A DNA stretch of 64,000 bases from Deferribacterales bacterium (GCA_050251945.1 JBFWLW010000003.1:256001-320000), one strand, 5' to 3'; counted from the first letter of the stretch, positions 54,304-63,411 are shown. Notes: generated by a model from the letters alone, not told the origin. Translations and numbers: made by a program.

Positions 54304-54390
54304 TGTTTTGGTAAAATATAGTTGGGTAAAAGTCAAATGAGTCGGGTTAAGGTAAAATAAGTTGGGTATAAGAAAAATAAGTCGGGAGAA
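54304..54390 (+). repeat. Tn7 tnsA-proximal end: terminal TGT plus four TnsB-binding repeats
   Basis: TGTTTTGGTAAAATATAGTTGGG aligns without gaps to a Tn7 end, TGTGGGCGGACAAAATAGTTGGG. GTYGGG cores at 54321, 54341, 54361 and 54381 (20-bp period). Confidence 0.9.
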
Positions 54391-54426
54391 ATCCCGGCTT
54401 TTTTGTTTTTGGTGTTATACTGACTT

Positions 54427-55221
54427 ATGGCAACAAGGTTTGACGAAAAAACAATTCAAAAAAGATTGGCTGAAGGACGGGGCAAAGGCGAGTATGGAAA
54501 TTACAAACCTTGGCTGACTGTTCGTGATGTCAGTTCATCAAAAAGCAGATCAAACAGACCTCTCGGTTGGAAAACCGGCAGGCCGCACCAATTATTGTCA
54601 GACAACGAATTTAAATATTTTCTGTATCTGGAGTGGGCGGAAAATGTTCTGGATATAAGGGAGCAATTTCCTTTGGATAGAGAAGATACAGTAAGGATTT
54701 CAAAAGAGACAGGAATCAAACATCCATTCATGTACGAGACCTATCAGGTCTTATCAACGGATTTTCTTATCCTTTTAGACGACGGCAGGTTTATTGCTAG
54801 AACCTTTAAGGAAGCAAAAGACCTAGAGAATAGACGAAACTTGGAAAAGTTGAGTATTGAGCAAATTTACTGGCAGGAAAAAGATGTTGACTGGGGAATC
54901 GTTACCAACAATGAGCTTGATCCAGTATTTGTACGAAATGTATCTCTGCTTCATGGTTTCAGAAAGACTGCGGAAGAAATCAATAATCCGGCGGCTCTGA
55001 AAAGGATAATTGGGCTGATAAGAAGTTCAAATTGCCTTATTTCAGAGATTCTGGAAGAGACCGACGCTATGTTAGGCCTTGTTCATGGCACTTCGCTGTC
55101 ACTTTATAAAAGTGCTGTTGCGAATAAGATTATTTTGATGGACATGTTCAAACCTTTTACAATAAATGCTTATACTGAGGAACTCATTGTTGTTAAAGAT
55201 TTTATGGAGCATTCAGCATGA
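54427..55221 (+). CDS. tnsA: Tn7 transposase endonuclease subunit
   Basis: GRGKG..YKPWL, HQLLSDNE, DIREQFPL, HP, STDFL, EKL.IE..YW. Confidence 0.95.
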   Translation: MATRFDEKTIQKRLAEGRGKGEYGNYKPWLTVRDVSSSKSRSNRPLGWKTGRPHQLLSDNEFKYFLYLEWAENVLDIREQFPLDREDTVRISKETGIKHPFMYETYQVLSTDFLILLDDGRFIARTFKEAKDLENRRNLEKLSIEQIYWQEKDVDWGIVTNNELDPVFVRNVSLLHGFRKTAEEINNPAALKRIIGLIRSSNCLISEILEETDAMLGLVHGTSLSLYKSAVANKIILMDMFKPFTINAYTEELIVVKDFMEHSA

Positions 55222-57287
55222 TTTCAGTTAATCAGGTTCTCAAGTTTAATGATGATAGACTCGTAAGAGTATTATGGGTTTCTGAGGACTACAGCAGAGC
55301 TTTTGTTATTGGTTTTGATGACAGAGCGATTCCTGAAGCATTTTCCATTGCCGAGCTTGAACGGTTAGAGTCAGTCAATGATGTCCACTCATACAATTTT
55401 GATGAAGATGAAATACCGACAAATTACATTTTAAAAAGAAATGCAGTATGGGATGATCTTAAAAAGATTGTTTTTATTGAACCAGACATCTATTTGAAAA
55501 ATAAAAGAAACAAAATAATAAGTGAAGCAATGCCTCAGTCAAGTTTGGCGAATAAATCATTTTATAAATACCTGAAAAGATACTGGCAGCGTGGAAAAAC
55601 GATCAACGCACTCCTGCCTGATTATAATAACTGCGGCAAAGGCAGCAAAGATGGTGATACAAAACTTGCCGGCAGAAAACCGAAATATGAATCAAATGTT
55701 AAAGCCATTGTTATTTCAACAAAAATAGAAAAAATATTCAATGCCGTGTTTAGGGAATACAATAAAAGCGCTGACAGGAAAAGCCTCAGAAAAGCATATG
55801 ATGACATGAAGACTGAGTATTTTCGTGAAGAAATGGAAAAACTTGAAGGTGTTAGCAGAATTCCTTCTTACAGGCAGTTTGTTAGAAGATACAACCAGAA
55901 TCATAGTGTTGATGACAAGTTGAAAAACAAAAAAGGTGAAAAAACATACGATAAAGACCATCGACCTATACTTGGGCAATCTACACGTGAAGCATATGGT
56001 CCAGGCAGTAAATATCAGATAGATGCCACTATAGGTGACGTGTATTTGCTTTCAGAGTTTAATAGAGCAAATATTATAGGACGCCCTGTCATTTATTTCT
56101 GCATTGACGTTTTCAGCCGAATGGTTGCCGGGATGTATGTTGGACTTGAAGGACCGTCTATGGCCGGTGCGGCAATGGCTATAATCAATTGCGCAGAGGA
56201 TAAGGTGCAGTTTTGTAAGAAATACGGCGTGGAAGTCAGTAAAGAGGACTGGCCTGTTGAGAATCTCCCTGCAGCATTTCTCGGTGATAATGGAGAGATG
56301 AAAGGAATCACGCCTGAAAACTTAATACAACTCTTTGGAATAAAAATTGAGAATACAGGGACGTACAGGGCAGATGCAAAAGGGATTGTCGAAAGATTCT
56401 TTAAGACAATGAACGATAAGGTTAAACCTGAGCTCCCGGGATTTGTCCTGCCTGATCACAGACAAAGGGGCGGCAGTGATTACAGGCTTGATGCCACTAT
56501 GACTCTGGATGAATTCACTGCATATCTCATACCTAAAATCATTCTGCATAATAGGAGTATAATTTCTGGATATCCTTTCGATGAAGAAATTGAAAAAGCA
56601 GATGTTATGCACAGACCAAAGGATTTGTGGGCATGGGGCGTAATGAACAGAGCCGGACTTTTAAGAAGTGTTGATATGGATCAATTGAAAGCGTGTCTTC
56701 TCAAGCATAAAGAAGCCACTGTGACTGCGCAAGGGATTAGACTGCATGAAGATTTGCATTACACGGCTCCGATAGCACTTGAAAGAAGCTGGTTTACTCG
56801 GTATGAAGGCAGAAAATCTTTCAAAGTACCCTTAGCCTATAATCCACGAAATCTCAGAGAAGCGTATATATATTTTGATAAGAAATACTACAGGGCTTAT
56901 CCTACAATAGAATCTGACGTATTGAAGTATAATCTTGAAGACTATCAATATCGGCAGGAGCTTATCAAATATCAGATAAAAAAGGATGAGCGTAATGCCC
57001 TGAAAGACAGTTTGAATGAGTATGACCTGTCAAAAAAGATATTGAATAATGCTGTTCAAAAGACTGCTGAAACACCTGTTTATGAAAGTAAGACCAGGAG
57101 AGTTAACAATATAAGGGAAAATAGAAAACTTGAAAAAGAAGTCCGCAGACATAAGGATGTTGTCGATAATACAGCAGAATTGGCTGATGTTATCAGTATC
57201 AAAACAAAAGAAGAGTACAACCCTAAAAAGGCTGAAGCTGATAGGTTGAGGAAATTGAGAAACCTCAAGTTAGGTAAAGATGATTAA
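55218..57287 (+). CDS. tnsB: Tn7 DDE transposase
   Basis: RYWQRG, GPGSKYQIDAT, IDVFSRM, DNGE, KGIVERFF. Confidence 0.95.
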   Translation: MISVNQVLKFNDDRLVRVLWVSEDYSRAFVIGFDDRAIPEAFSIAELERLESVNDVHSYNFDEDEIPTNYILKRNAVWDDLKKIVFIEPDIYLKNKRNKIISEAMPQSSLANKSFYKYLKRYWQRGKTINALLPDYNNCGKGSKDGDTKLAGRKPKYESNVKAIVISTKIEKIFNAVFREYNKSADRKSLRKAYDDMKTEYFREEMEKLEGVSRIPSYRQFVRRYNQNHSVDDKLKNKKGEKTYDKDHRPILGQSTREAYGPGSKYQIDATIGDVYLLSEFNRANIIGRPVIYFCIDVFSRMVAGMYVGLEGPSMAGAAMAIINCAEDKVQFCKKYGVEVSKEDWPVENLPAAFLGDNGEMKGITPENLIQLFGIKIENTGTYRADAKGIVERFFKTMNDKVKPELPGFVLPDHRQRGGSDYRLDATMTLDEFTAYLIPKIILHNRSIISGYPFDEEIEKADVMHRPKDLWAWGVMNRAGLLRSVDMDQLKACLLKHKEATVTAQGIRLHEDLHYTAPIALERSWFTRYEGRKSFKVPLAYNPRNLREAYIYFDKKYYRAYPTIESDVLKYNLEDYQYRQELIKYQIKKDERNALKDSLNEYDLSKKILNNAVQKTAETPVYESKTRRVNNIRENRKLEKEVRRHKDVVDNTAELADVISIKTKEEYNPKKAEADRLRKLRNLKLGKDD

Positions 57288-58851
57288 GTACGTAAATGCG
57301 GTTTATAAGCCGCAAGTACCAACGCAGTATAGGGGTAATCCACTTATTGAGGCCTTGCCTGAAATAAGAAATGAGGATGATCTTGGTTTGGCACTAATGC
57401 GTCTTCCATATTATACGAGAGATGAAATTAACCAGCCTCCTGAAATTAAACAATACTCTATTAATAAGCTGTTTGCGTATTTTCAGCCGTTCGATACGCA
57501 TATTGATTATGCTTATCAAATAGATATTATGATACGAGAGGGATATGTAGGCAGAAACCCTCTTGATGTGATTAACCCGGCACTCAAATCGGTGAAACCT
57601 TTAGACACTGGTCATGATTACGAATCAGCCCGTACAAGAGCATTTACTGGCGTTTCTGGAATCGGCAAAACAACAAGTACAAAGAGAGTATTAAGTTTGT
57701 ATGACCAGGTGATTCTGCACGAACCAACAGAGGAGAATGAAGGCTTAAATATATGGCAGGTCACATGGCTTAAAGTCGAGTGTCCCATAGATGCTTCACT
57801 AAAGCAGCTTTGCACCAATTTTTTTACTGAGATGGATAAAATTCTTGGCACGAATTACTGCGAGAAATATATAAAATCACGTAATTCTGTTGAGGATATG
57901 ATTACGATGATGGCAAAAGTTGCTTCGATTCATTATTTGGGAATTCTTGTAATTGATGAGATTCAAAACATAAGTAAACTTAAGGCCGGCGGATATGAGA
58001 AAATTCTTAATTTCTTTGTAAGTCTAAGCAATACGATATCAATTCCGGTGCTCCTTATAGGAACATTAAAAGCTAATGAAATGCTCCAAAAAGATTTGAG
58101 AATAGGAAGAAGAATGGATGGTCCAGGCGGCATTGAATGGCATCGATTTGAAAATGACCCTCTTTGGGAGCTTTTCGTTGAGGGATTCTGGGAGTATACA
58201 TGGCTTAGAAATCATCCAGGGCTGACCAAAGAATTCATTGATGTGTTTTATGAAGAAAGCCAAGGGATTATTGATGCCGCAATGAAGATTTATGCCCTGG
58301 TTCAAAGACATTCTGTAAAGCAAGGGTCAGAAACATTTACTGTTGAAACTGTTAGAGATATAGCACAGAAAGGCTTAATTTTCATGCGTCCCATGCTGAA
58401 TGCTCTGAAGTCAGGAGATCCAATAGAAATTGCGAGGTATGGCGATATTACACCTGTGTCATTTGAAGAAATCAGCAAAAAGCTTTTTTCAACACCGGAA
58501 TATTTCAAAAGAACAGTTCAAAATGCTGAAAATACAGTCGAGAAGCAGAAGGAAAAAATTGCTTCAGCCATTAACTTACTTTTGGCAGAGCATATTGATT
58601 ATGATTTAGCAGAACAGTATGTGTGTGATATTCTTAAAAAGAACCCGTCTGCGACTGCTCCAGATATTGCGTTAAAAGCTCTAAATAAAATCAAAAAAAT
58701 ACCGAATAGTTCTTCTGAGGATAAAGGCTCAAAATACCCTATTGTTTTGGATTGCTATGATTCGGCACAGGATACTGGAGCCAGTGTTTACTCTATTGTG
58801 AACAGTTCCGGCTGGATTAAGAATCCTTTGGGAGATTTTACATTGGCTTAA
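57280..58851 (+). CDS. tnsC: Tn7 AAA+ regulator
   Basis: YRGNPLIEALP, GYVGRNP, Walker A GVSGIGKT, Walker B LVIDEIQN, SQGI. Confidence 0.95.
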   Translation: MIKYVNAVYKPQVPTQYRGNPLIEALPEIRNEDDLGLALMRLPYYTRDEINQPPEIKQYSINKLFAYFQPFDTHIDYAYQIDIMIREGYVGRNPLDVINPALKSVKPLDTGHDYESARTRAFTGVSGIGKTTSTKRVLSLYDQVILHEPTEENEGLNIWQVTWLKVECPIDASLKQLCTNFFTEMDKILGTNYCEKYIKSRNSVEDMITMMAKVASIHYLGILVIDEIQNISKLKAGGYEKILNFFVSLSNTISIPVLLIGTLKANEMLQKDLRIGRRMDGPGGIEWHRFENDPLWELFVEGFWEYTWLRNHPGLTKEFIDVFYEESQGIIDAAMKIYALVQRHSVKQGSETFTVETVRDIAQKGLIFMRPMLNALKSGDPIEIARYGDITPVSFEEISKKLFSTPEYFKRTVQNAENTVEKQKEKIASAINLLLAEHIDYDLAEQYVCDILKKNPSATAPDIALKALNKIKKIPNSSSEDKGSKYPIVLDCYDSAQDTGASVYSIVNSSGWIKNPLGDFTLA

Positions 58852-58866
58852 ACAGGTTTTGTGTTA

Positions 58867-59301
58867 TTATTGTTCTAAGTCTTCAATGACCTGAACTACT
58901 GGGTCGCCAGTTTTAACAAAGCTTTCTTTTTCGTCTAAATCTTCCCATGTTTTTTCATCTGTCTTGAGAGTTTCATATTTTGTAACATATTCTGGCGGCA
59001 TCAGTGACTTAGAAAGCATGCCGATATTTACGAACCCATCTCCCCCAATATTAACTCTTTTTTTCTTGTAAGTTGAGGCCACAGATAAGCGCTCTTGGAC
59101 TTGTGTTATTTTTACTCTAACCTTTGGTCTTTCTAATGAACCAAGAATATTCCCTGTGTCAGGGTCAACAATATCTTCATCGTTTTGATCAAGAACATCA
59201 AACAACATGCCTACTTCAATACCTTGTTGGCTTCCTGCTGCAATAGCAATTTCTCGTGAGTTTAGAATTCTTGCAACTTTTGATCTAATTAGTTCACTCA
59301 C
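58867..59301 (-). CDS. Hypothetical cytoplasmic protein with FlgT C-terminal-like beta domain
   Basis: KVARIL..IAIAAGSQQGIEVGMLFDV..IVDPDTGNILG..VKITQVQE..S pattern ending VKTGDPV; no signal peptide. Confidence 0.65.
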   Translation of the reverse strand: MSELIRSKVARILNSREIAIAAGSQQGIEVGMLFDVLDQNDEDIVDPDTGNILGSLERPKVRVKITQVQERLSVASTYKKKRVNIGGDGFVNIGMLSKSLMPPEYVTKYETLKTDEKTWEDLDEKESFVKTGDPVVQVIEDLEQ

Positions 59302-59755
59302 TGCTATTCTCCATGTGTTTTAAAGATTTTAATTTAGAACTTAATTCTTCTATTTCATCTGGTACTAAATCCTTCCAATCTTCTAGAGCGTCATCAGCGG
59401 TAGCAAGTTGCTCGATAACAATAACTTCCATTCTTTCAAGCGTTATTTCTTTTGATTGGTATTCTTTTGAATTTGAAATTTCTATCGCAACTCTGGAGAG
59501 GCTTGCATAAAGAGACATCAGTCTTCTGAATGCTGAACGAGCATGAGGTTTTATAATTTCCTTAGCGGATTCAGTTGAGGAATATTTTCCCAGAAAATAG
59601 GAACCAATCAATCCAGAAAGTAATGAGAATAGTTGTAAAAGAGTGTTTTCAAGACTTGTTAATTGTCGTTGGGATGAAATTATTATTTGCATAACAGCAA
59701 CAATTATTGCAACAACAATCAAAAAATATGGAAAAAGATTATCTTTTCTTATCAT
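59294..59755 (-). CDS. Hypothetical membrane protein (2 TM + helical C-domain)
   Basis: Two hydrophobic N-terminal helices; 8-bp overlap with the downstream gene. Confidence 0.7.
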   Translation of the reverse strand: MIRKDNLFPYFLIVVAIIVAVMQIIISSQRQLTSLENTLLQLFSLLSGLIGSYFLGKYSSTESAKEIIKPHARSAFRRLMSLYASLSRVAIEISNSKEYQSKEITLERMEVIVIEQLATADDALEDWKDLVPDEIEELSSKLKSLKHMENSSE

Positions 59756-60036
59756 ATAAATTTGAATTCCAATATTAAAATTACCAATTTTTATATTATG
59801 AATTTACTTAAAGAAATTAGCAATAATATTATTTTGGCTTAATAAATAAAAAATTTTGCCAATATATAAGTTAATTATGGCTATTTAAACTAAATATAGA
59901 ATAACTTTGGTTATATATATTTTGTTTTTTGTCGATAATTTTTTTAAGAGTAGTTCTCTCCAGCAAAACAAGGATGTATTGCCGGTATTATATTCATGGA
60001 TGACACACAAACTATTAATTATAGTTGAGGTGCGTT

Positions 60037-60180
60037 ATGAAGTTTATGTTGGAAATGCTTATGCAAGAGATCCTTGAGCAATTTATGGAGTGGTTGGTTG
60101 ATGCTCTTTACCTTAATATTAATCAACTTATATCTACTTTTCCTGATATTTACTGTAATTTTATGAATTCTTGGTTTTAG
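60037..60180 (+). CDS. Unannotated 47-aa ORF upstream of tnsD
   Basis: GAGGTG RBS, then MKFMLEMLMQEILEQFMEWLVDALYLNINQLISTFPDIYCNFMNSWF*. Below the ORF-track cut-off. Confidence 0.45.
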   Translation: MKFMLEMLMQEILEQFMEWLVDALYLNINQLISTFPDIYCNFMNSWF

Positions 60181-60209
60181 GATAGTATCTACATTTATGC
60201 AATAAGGGG

Positions 60210-61751
60210 TTGAAAGTTGGGAACGGGTTCATAAGGTATTTTCCAAAACCATATGAGAACGAACTTTTATACAGTGTTATTGCCAGATACCACAGACATA
60301 CAGGCATTTCATCAGCTAAAGCCACCCCTGAAGAGCTTTTTGGTGACAGAAAAGTCGTTGCGGTCTATGATCTCCCCAGCCATTTAAGCGCACTTGCGAA
60401 TACTCTGAATAGATCAGGTTTTCCTTGCTGTGCGGATGATTTGATCAATAAAAATACCTTGTTTCCTCTCTATGCGAATTTCATCAAAAATAATAGATTA
60501 CAAACTGCTCGTGCAAACATGCTTTCTGGTAAAGGCGGAGCACTGCACAATCTGCTTGGTTTGATGGCTTCCAGCGTCCCAAATTTGCAATTTTTCAAAT
60601 ATTGCCCAGAATGCAATATAGAATCTATTAAGAGGTACGGAGAGCTATATTTAAACCGGTTACACCAGATGCCGTTCGTCTATTTCTGCCCAATTCATGA
60701 AAAACAGTTAATCTGCTCTTCAATAAGCATCAGGCAGTATAATAGGCATGAGTTTGTCTATCCGGATGAAAATTTAATGCGTATTGGGATACTGGATGTC
60801 TTTAATAGTCATGAGAGTGGCTTCTTGATAAAAGTAGCATCTATAGTAAAAGAACTTATTGAAATGGACACAGGAATTAATGACTGGCGCACAAAATATA
60901 TGTCGATTCTCAAGCTGCAAGGATTTATCCGTGGTTCATGCATAGTTGACAACTCAAAGCTTCTGTCCGAATTCAAAAGTTATTATGGAGAATCATTGCT
61001 TTCGACTCTTAAATGTTCTGTAAATGATAATGACTGGCTATTTTCAATTGTCCGCAAACACCGTAAAGCATTTCATCCGATAAGACACATTCTTATGATT
61101 CTCTTCCTTGCTGACTCGCTGCAACAATTCATGGAACATAAAGCAGTTGATGTATCAACTCAGCGTCCGATAAACTACCCTGAAAGGAGTTTTACTGCAT
61201 ATCATGCGTCTTGGCTTTCGTTGAAAGAAAAACATCCTGAGAAGTCGAAGAATGAGCTTAGGCGGCTATCGCCTAAAACGTACGCTTGGCTCTATCGTAA
61301 TGATAAGGAATGGCTGGGTATGAATTCTCCCTCTATCCGTTTGCCGCAGGCACAAAATAAGCGTGTTGACTGGCATAATCGAGACATAGAAATTGTAGAA
61401 AAAGTTGCTATAGCTATCAAAGAGATTGAATCAGTTTCAAAACCGTTTCTTCGTGTAAGCATTGGTAGAGTTGGCAAGATGATTGGTCAGCTTACTCTTC
61501 TTGAAAAGCATATAGATAAGCTGCCGTTAACAAGAAAAGTGCTGAAAGAGAAAGTAGAAGATACATATACGTTTCAGAAACGTAAAATTGACTGTGTGGT
61601 TTGTGCTGTTACTGGGGCGTTTGTTAATGAGTCGGACATTTATAAGAAAGCTACGGTGGCGAAAGGAAGATGTGCAGAGACTGATAAATATATTTCCTAT
61701 AAAGTTCGGATATACAACGAAAATATGGTAATAATAAAAGAAACTATCTAA
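60210..61751 (+). CDS. tnsD: Tn7 sequence-specific target selector (TniQ + TnsD C-domain)
   Basis: FPKPYENELLYSVIARY, CPEC..CPIH zinc finger, HPIRH, YAWLYRNDKEWL, RVDW..RD. Confidence 0.92.
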   Translation: MKVGNGFIRYFPKPYENELLYSVIARYHRHTGISSAKATPEELFGDRKVVAVYDLPSHLSALANTLNRSGFPCCADDLINKNTLFPLYANFIKNNRLQTARANMLSGKGGALHNLLGLMASSVPNLQFFKYCPECNIESIKRYGELYLNRLHQMPFVYFCPIHEKQLICSSISIRQYNRHEFVYPDENLMRIGILDVFNSHESGFLIKVASIVKELIEMDTGINDWRTKYMSILKLQGFIRGSCIVDNSKLLSEFKSYYGESLLSTLKCSVNDNDWLFSIVRKHRKAFHPIRHILMILFLADSLQQFMEHKAVDVSTQRPINYPERSFTAYHASWLSLKEKHPEKSKNELRRLSPKTYAWLYRNDKEWLGMNSPSIRLPQAQNKRVDWHNRDIEIVEKVAIAIKEIESVSKPFLRVSIGRVGKMIGQLTLLEKHIDKLPLTRKVLKEKVEDTYTFQKRKIDCVVCAVTGAFVNESDIYKKATVAKGRCAETDKYISYKVRIYNENMVIIKETI

Positions 61752-61763
61752 GTAGGTTTTCTA

Positions 61764-63284
61764 ATGTCATCATATCGATTTTTCAAACCAGATGAGATGA
61801 AAAAAGCAGAAGTACATTGGGTTGGTACGTTTTGGCGCACGAACAATGGTAACTGGAATGTAAATGTGTATTTGTTATACGACGGCCAAATCGTTCAGAC
61901 ATATTTACCGATAGGGGCAATGCCTTATTTAGCAGTAGGGGCGCAGGTTGTTGACGGATATCTCAGAGGCAGTCAAGCCACTGAAGATTTGAAAGAGTTT
62001 AGAATTAATGATTTAAGCGCAGGGAGTTTAATTCGGCTTAGTGAAATGCCTAAGAGTCTCTGTTCATTTTATGGTAATAAATATCTAGCAAATGAACTCG
62101 TATATAGATACACCAAAGACAACAGGGTTTATTATATCCCTCAAACTGAAATAATTCGTTCCTTGCTGACTGTAAATACTACTCTGGCAAACCATATTGT
62201 ATTACCGGAAGGATTGAGCCTGCTGATTTCAAAATATGAGCTTGCAGACGATAAAGTTACCGTTGAAGTCGCAAAGGAGTTTCCAAAGAAGCTCCTCATG
62301 CATACCAATATCATCCATCTTATGTCACTCTTCCTGTCAGGTTCTTTACGTCGTCTGTGGAGCAGTGTTTATGCTAATACCATAAAAGGGAATAACAATA
62401 AACAGATGCTTAATCTCGTCCCTTTAAAGGGTATAAAAATCTATTTCAAATATGCATCCATGTATAATTCTTATTTTGTTAAAGAAATACGGGAGATAGA
62501 AGGGTTTCGACCTCCATTCAGTTCTGTTGTATTTAGTCATCCGGATGTGAAAGATTATATTGGAGATCCCGAAATAGAAAAAAGAAAGATTCCTAAAGGT
62601 GATAAAGGTGACCGTGAACTGGATAACACCACAGAACCGGGTGCAGATAACAATCGTGATGTTGCTTGGCATGACAGCATATGCGTTAGAATGAAGTTTA
62701 AGGGTGTGAAGGCTGAGCATTCTTTAGAAAAGATTGATTCGGCTAAGAAACAGATAAAAAATGTGAATACTCAGGAGAGTGTCTTCAAATATAGCCTTGG
62801 CAACTTCGTTGGAAATGGTAAAGGGAAGCCTATTGAACTCCAAAACCTTACCGCATTGCCGGCTGATGTTGATGTATACGGTTTAGAAAAATTTTTAGCG
62901 GCAGTTTCTGCTATGGAGCGGTCCGGGTATGCCAAGGTCCACAAGGTGGTCGTTGAGCCTCTTGAAGGAGATACTGCTTTCGTGAGGATCGGTAGCCGCA
63001 ATAGAAGCTGCGCCATAGTATTTGTAGAAAACTCAGTGATAATTGAATTTAGCAGACCTGACGAGTATCCTATTTCAACACTCATAATCAATAGATATGA
63101 CCATGCCAGCATCTATGATAACATCAAACGTCTTATTGTCAGTGCCATCGAAAATAACGGCCATTGGGATACGGGCTTTTTAGATGGCTTCCATTCTTTC
63201 AACTATAAATTTGCAAAGCATAGTAAAGCAGATGTCCCCTATAAATGGGGTTATAGGTTGCTAGCAAAGATAACACTATTTTAA
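61764..63284 (+). CDS. tnsE: Tn7 replication-structure target selector
   Basis: PQTEIIRSLL near aa 125 corresponds to the TnsE clamp-binding region PQLELARALF; C-terminal R.C....IIE....ISTL..NGHWD; follows tnsD. Confidence 0.8.
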   Translation: MSSYRFFKPDEMKKAEVHWVGTFWRTNNGNWNVNVYLLYDGQIVQTYLPIGAMPYLAVGAQVVDGYLRGSQATEDLKEFRINDLSAGSLIRLSEMPKSLCSFYGNKYLANELVYRYTKDNRVYYIPQTEIIRSLLTVNTTLANHIVLPEGLSLLISKYELADDKVTVEVAKEFPKKLLMHTNIIHLMSLFLSGSLRRLWSSVYANTIKGNNNKQMLNLVPLKGIKIYFKYASMYNSYFVKEIREIEGFRPPFSSVVFSHPDVKDYIGDPEIEKRKIPKGDKGDRELDNTTEPGADNNRDVAWHDSICVRMKFKGVKAEHSLEKIDSAKKQIKNVNTQESVFKYSLGNFVGNGKGKPIELQNLTALPADVDVYGLEKFLAAVSAMERSGYAKVHKVVVEPLEGDTAFVRIGSRNRSCAIVFVENSVIIEFSRPDEYPISTLIINRYDHASIYDNIKRLIVSAIENNGHWDTGFLDGFHSFNYKFAKHSKADVPYKWGYRLLAKITLF

Positions 63285-63332
63285 TTAAAAAATATTTAAA
63301 ATAGGTGCTTTGAATATGGAATCCTATTTACT

Positions 63333-63393
63333 TAAATTAGCTTATATGCTAATTTATTATTATATGAGATTATATATTAGCATATTTGCTAAT
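63333..63393. promoter_or_regulatory. Two ATTAGC-N6-GCTAAT palindromic operators
   Basis: Copies at 63336-63353 and 63376-63393 (40-bp spacing); extra GCTAAT half-site overlapping ATG 63412. Confidence 0.7.
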
Positions 63394-63411
63394 TATTGTC
63401 GGAAGTTGACT

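Noticed and set aside
54311..54390. Four 20-bp-period repeats as a mini CRISPR array / CAST element
   Set aside because: No unique spacers, they match Tn7 TnsB sites at the element end, and no cas genes are visible. TnsD is full length with TnsE present. Cargo beyond 64000 cannot be assessed.
63310..63411. N-terminal extension of the DUF6471-like ORF
   Set aside because: Low-complexity translation across the palindromic operator region; the domain starts near ATG 63412.
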